Shown: one piece after another, positions 61,969 to 64,000 of the stretch
Layout: each line of letters opens with the position of its first letter
Numbering within the stretch: position 1 is the stretch's first letter
Made by a program: the position numbers and the translations under genes
The notes under the pieces: model-generated
Seen by the model: only the letters and a program-made list of their open reading frames with translations
Database searches by the model: none
Told to the model about the DNA's origin: nothing
From: Macrostomum lignano
Lineage: Eukaryota
Direction of reading: 5' to 3'
Length of the DNA stretch: 64,000 bases
NCBI GenBank assembly: GCA_002269645.1
Contig: NIVC01003994.1
Coordinates: forward strand, 2,039 to 66,038

Positions 61969-62352
61969 GGACAACGCGGGAGAGATATTGTTGTAGAGTT
62001 GCCAATTGAGAATGTTCCCACCCGCCTCCTGGTAGATGGGGGCAGTGCGCTGTCTTTGCTAACAGTCAAAGACTTTACTAAAATTACCGGACAGAGTGTG
62101 GAGGCCCTGGAGCCCCCATGTGTGAAGGCCGTGTCCTACACGGGCAATGAATTAGAGATGCTAGGCCAGGCCACCCTCACAGCAGTTATTGGGCTAGAAG
62201 AGGTGAGAATCCTCTTTCTGGTCGTTGGCAATTCAGCAGCAGTTTCCCTCCTGGGTAGTGCTTTTCTAGCCAGTACGCATGCTATCATAGACTATCGAAC
62301 AGAAAAGGTTTACTTGCTAGGTGTGAGTCTCCCATTCGACCCCGCTGAGTAA
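61969..62352 (+). pseudogene. Retroviral-type aspartic protease domain (LVDGGS), ends in a stop with no RT following
   Basis: TRLLVDGGSALSLL...VSYTGNELEMLG..LLGSAFL..IIDY matches the retropepsin layout; in-frame TGA upstream at 61966; stop at 62350-62352. Confidence 0.8.
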
Positions 62353-64000
62353 CAGATCGGTAGCTAGCCAGTGATTGCTTAATTCCCCCCCCCCGATTCG
62401 CGTGTCGAAATTTTGCTCGTGTTGCCCCGTTGGAGACCGCTTTTCGCGTATTTACGTATGCCCTCTATTACTCGAATTTATGTTGTGACCTCGTGCTCGT
62501 TGGTGTTGTTTAAATATCTAAGATTTTAGCTCGAAAATTAGGCCCGTACAGTATGCGTTAATTCCCTATCAGTAAATATTAACTTGGAAACTAGTAAAAT
62601 TTCTATGGGTCTGCTCCACAGGAGGTCCTGCCCGCTGTTTAAGATTTTCTGGGAACAATGGAAGTCTGGGACCGTAGGAAATTAGCACCTTTAGGTCTGA
62701 TTTCGTGTGTTTGTTCACACTTTGTGAAAGTCCGATTTTGGGAAACTTTTAATTGGTTTCGATGAGGCAATAGGGGGGGCATTCAATGTAATTAAGTTTA
62801 TCAGGCAAATGGGGCAGCAATTAGTTTAGAGTAGGCCAGTGGTTTAGTCAATGTAAAGTCAGGTAAGTAATTAAAGTCAAGTTATGGGACAGATAGTTCA
62901 GAATTAGTAAGTAAGCATTAAGAACCACCAGCATCAGCAGTTGGGAAGCCGCAGAAATAGCTCCAAGAGCAGTAGCCAGTGCATTGTGAGACCGGCTATT
63001 AGGGCCGTCGACAGCACGACCAAATGCCAGGAGCCGTCGGTCTCCACCACAGGGGTTGGCAAGGGCTGTGGAGCGGCAGCCACGGGCGTCACCGCGGCGA
63101 CCGGCGGCGGAGCGTCGCGCTCGGCTGACAACGGCGGTGGTACCGGATGCCAACCGGCCCCGGACGCTGGTTCGCTGGCGGCCCGGCGGTCGCATGGCCG
63201 GGAGCCGCGGCGCCTATGTCACCAGATGGCGCAGCCGGCCCAGAATCGAGGGCGTCCGGCTCTGAATGGCTGTCTTCGGGCGCTTCGTAGTCGGACTCCT
63301 CTTCAAGGATGGGCTCGGCTACTAGCGGCCGGAATCCTGAAAATGAGATTTAAGGATGAAATAGAAGTAGGAACTAGCCGGGTATTAGGATGTAGATAGA
63401 TGGGGATTTTAACTTTATGGCGTGTGTAGTGGCCTTCCTGGGGGTTTCTTCCTTTCTTCATTCCCTCTCCTTCCCTTGAGCTCTAGGTGATCAAGTAGTG
63501 GTAGCCTTCTTCCCCGCCTTCTTTTAATGATACACCTCTAAGGATGGCAGTTTTTCGTCTTCCTCTCCTCTGGTAGAAGGGCAAATTGGTGGCAGTTTTC
63601 CCGTTAAGCAACCTCTCTCAAATGGTGGCTGATCCTCCTTTTCTTTTCTTGGTAATGCGCCAAGATGGTGGTAGGTTCCCTTTCTCTTTTATAATAGTAC
63701 ATCAAACTGGTGGCAGTCAAATTAATGATTAATTCCTCTTTCGAATTCTTTCGGCTGTTAAGTTTATGAGGGTCTCGGAGGCATGGATGAGAACTGCGTG
63801 CGCGTGGCGTTGAAGAAGAAATCGAAGGGGAGTTGGGCCGCATCATCATTTATCCTCCGGAGTCTAATCTCCCAAATCCCTCTTCTATTCATATTAACCA
63901 ATTAATTTGTGTGCCTGATCTGAATGTGTGCATGTGAGGTGGAGTGCGATCTCTGTCGGCTGGAGTACGGATCTGCGCGGCGCGACCGGAGGTGGTCTCG

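Overview
Eukaryotic (animal) nuclear DNA using the standard code, with GC-rich exons, GT-AG introns and a very high load of minisatellites. The style resembles repeat-rich invertebrate genomes such as the flatworm Macrostomum, but that is inference only. Most long ORFs in the supplied track are artefacts of tandem repeats. I rebuilt eight spliced genes by hand with phase-consistent introns. (1) A + strand ankyrin-repeat/protein-kinase gene made of two duplicated ankyrin cassettes and a C-terminal kinase with an HRDIN catalytic loop. (2-3) A tandem pair of ELOVL1/7-like fatty-acid elongases. (4-7) A - strand cluster of four 6-cysteine tetraspanins; one has a long tail with an RVxF (PP1-docking-like) motif. 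(8) A secreted WSC+PAN/Apple gene inside that cluster on the opposite strand, bracketed by a 48-bp satellite. Mobile DNA comprises a tRNA-derived SINE with a perfect 15-bp target-site duplication (TSD), a hAT-like MITE, a Penelope GIY-YIG remnant and a 980-bp solo LTR with a 4-bp TSD. From 55873 to the window end lies a Ty3/gypsy-type element with a ~2.2-kb LTR, tRNA-Leu PBS, gag and protease, but no visible RT/RNase H/integrase, plus decayed antisense ORFs. About 25 distinct minisatellites are present, nearly one per large intron. No CRISPR, rRNA or true tRNA gene was found.
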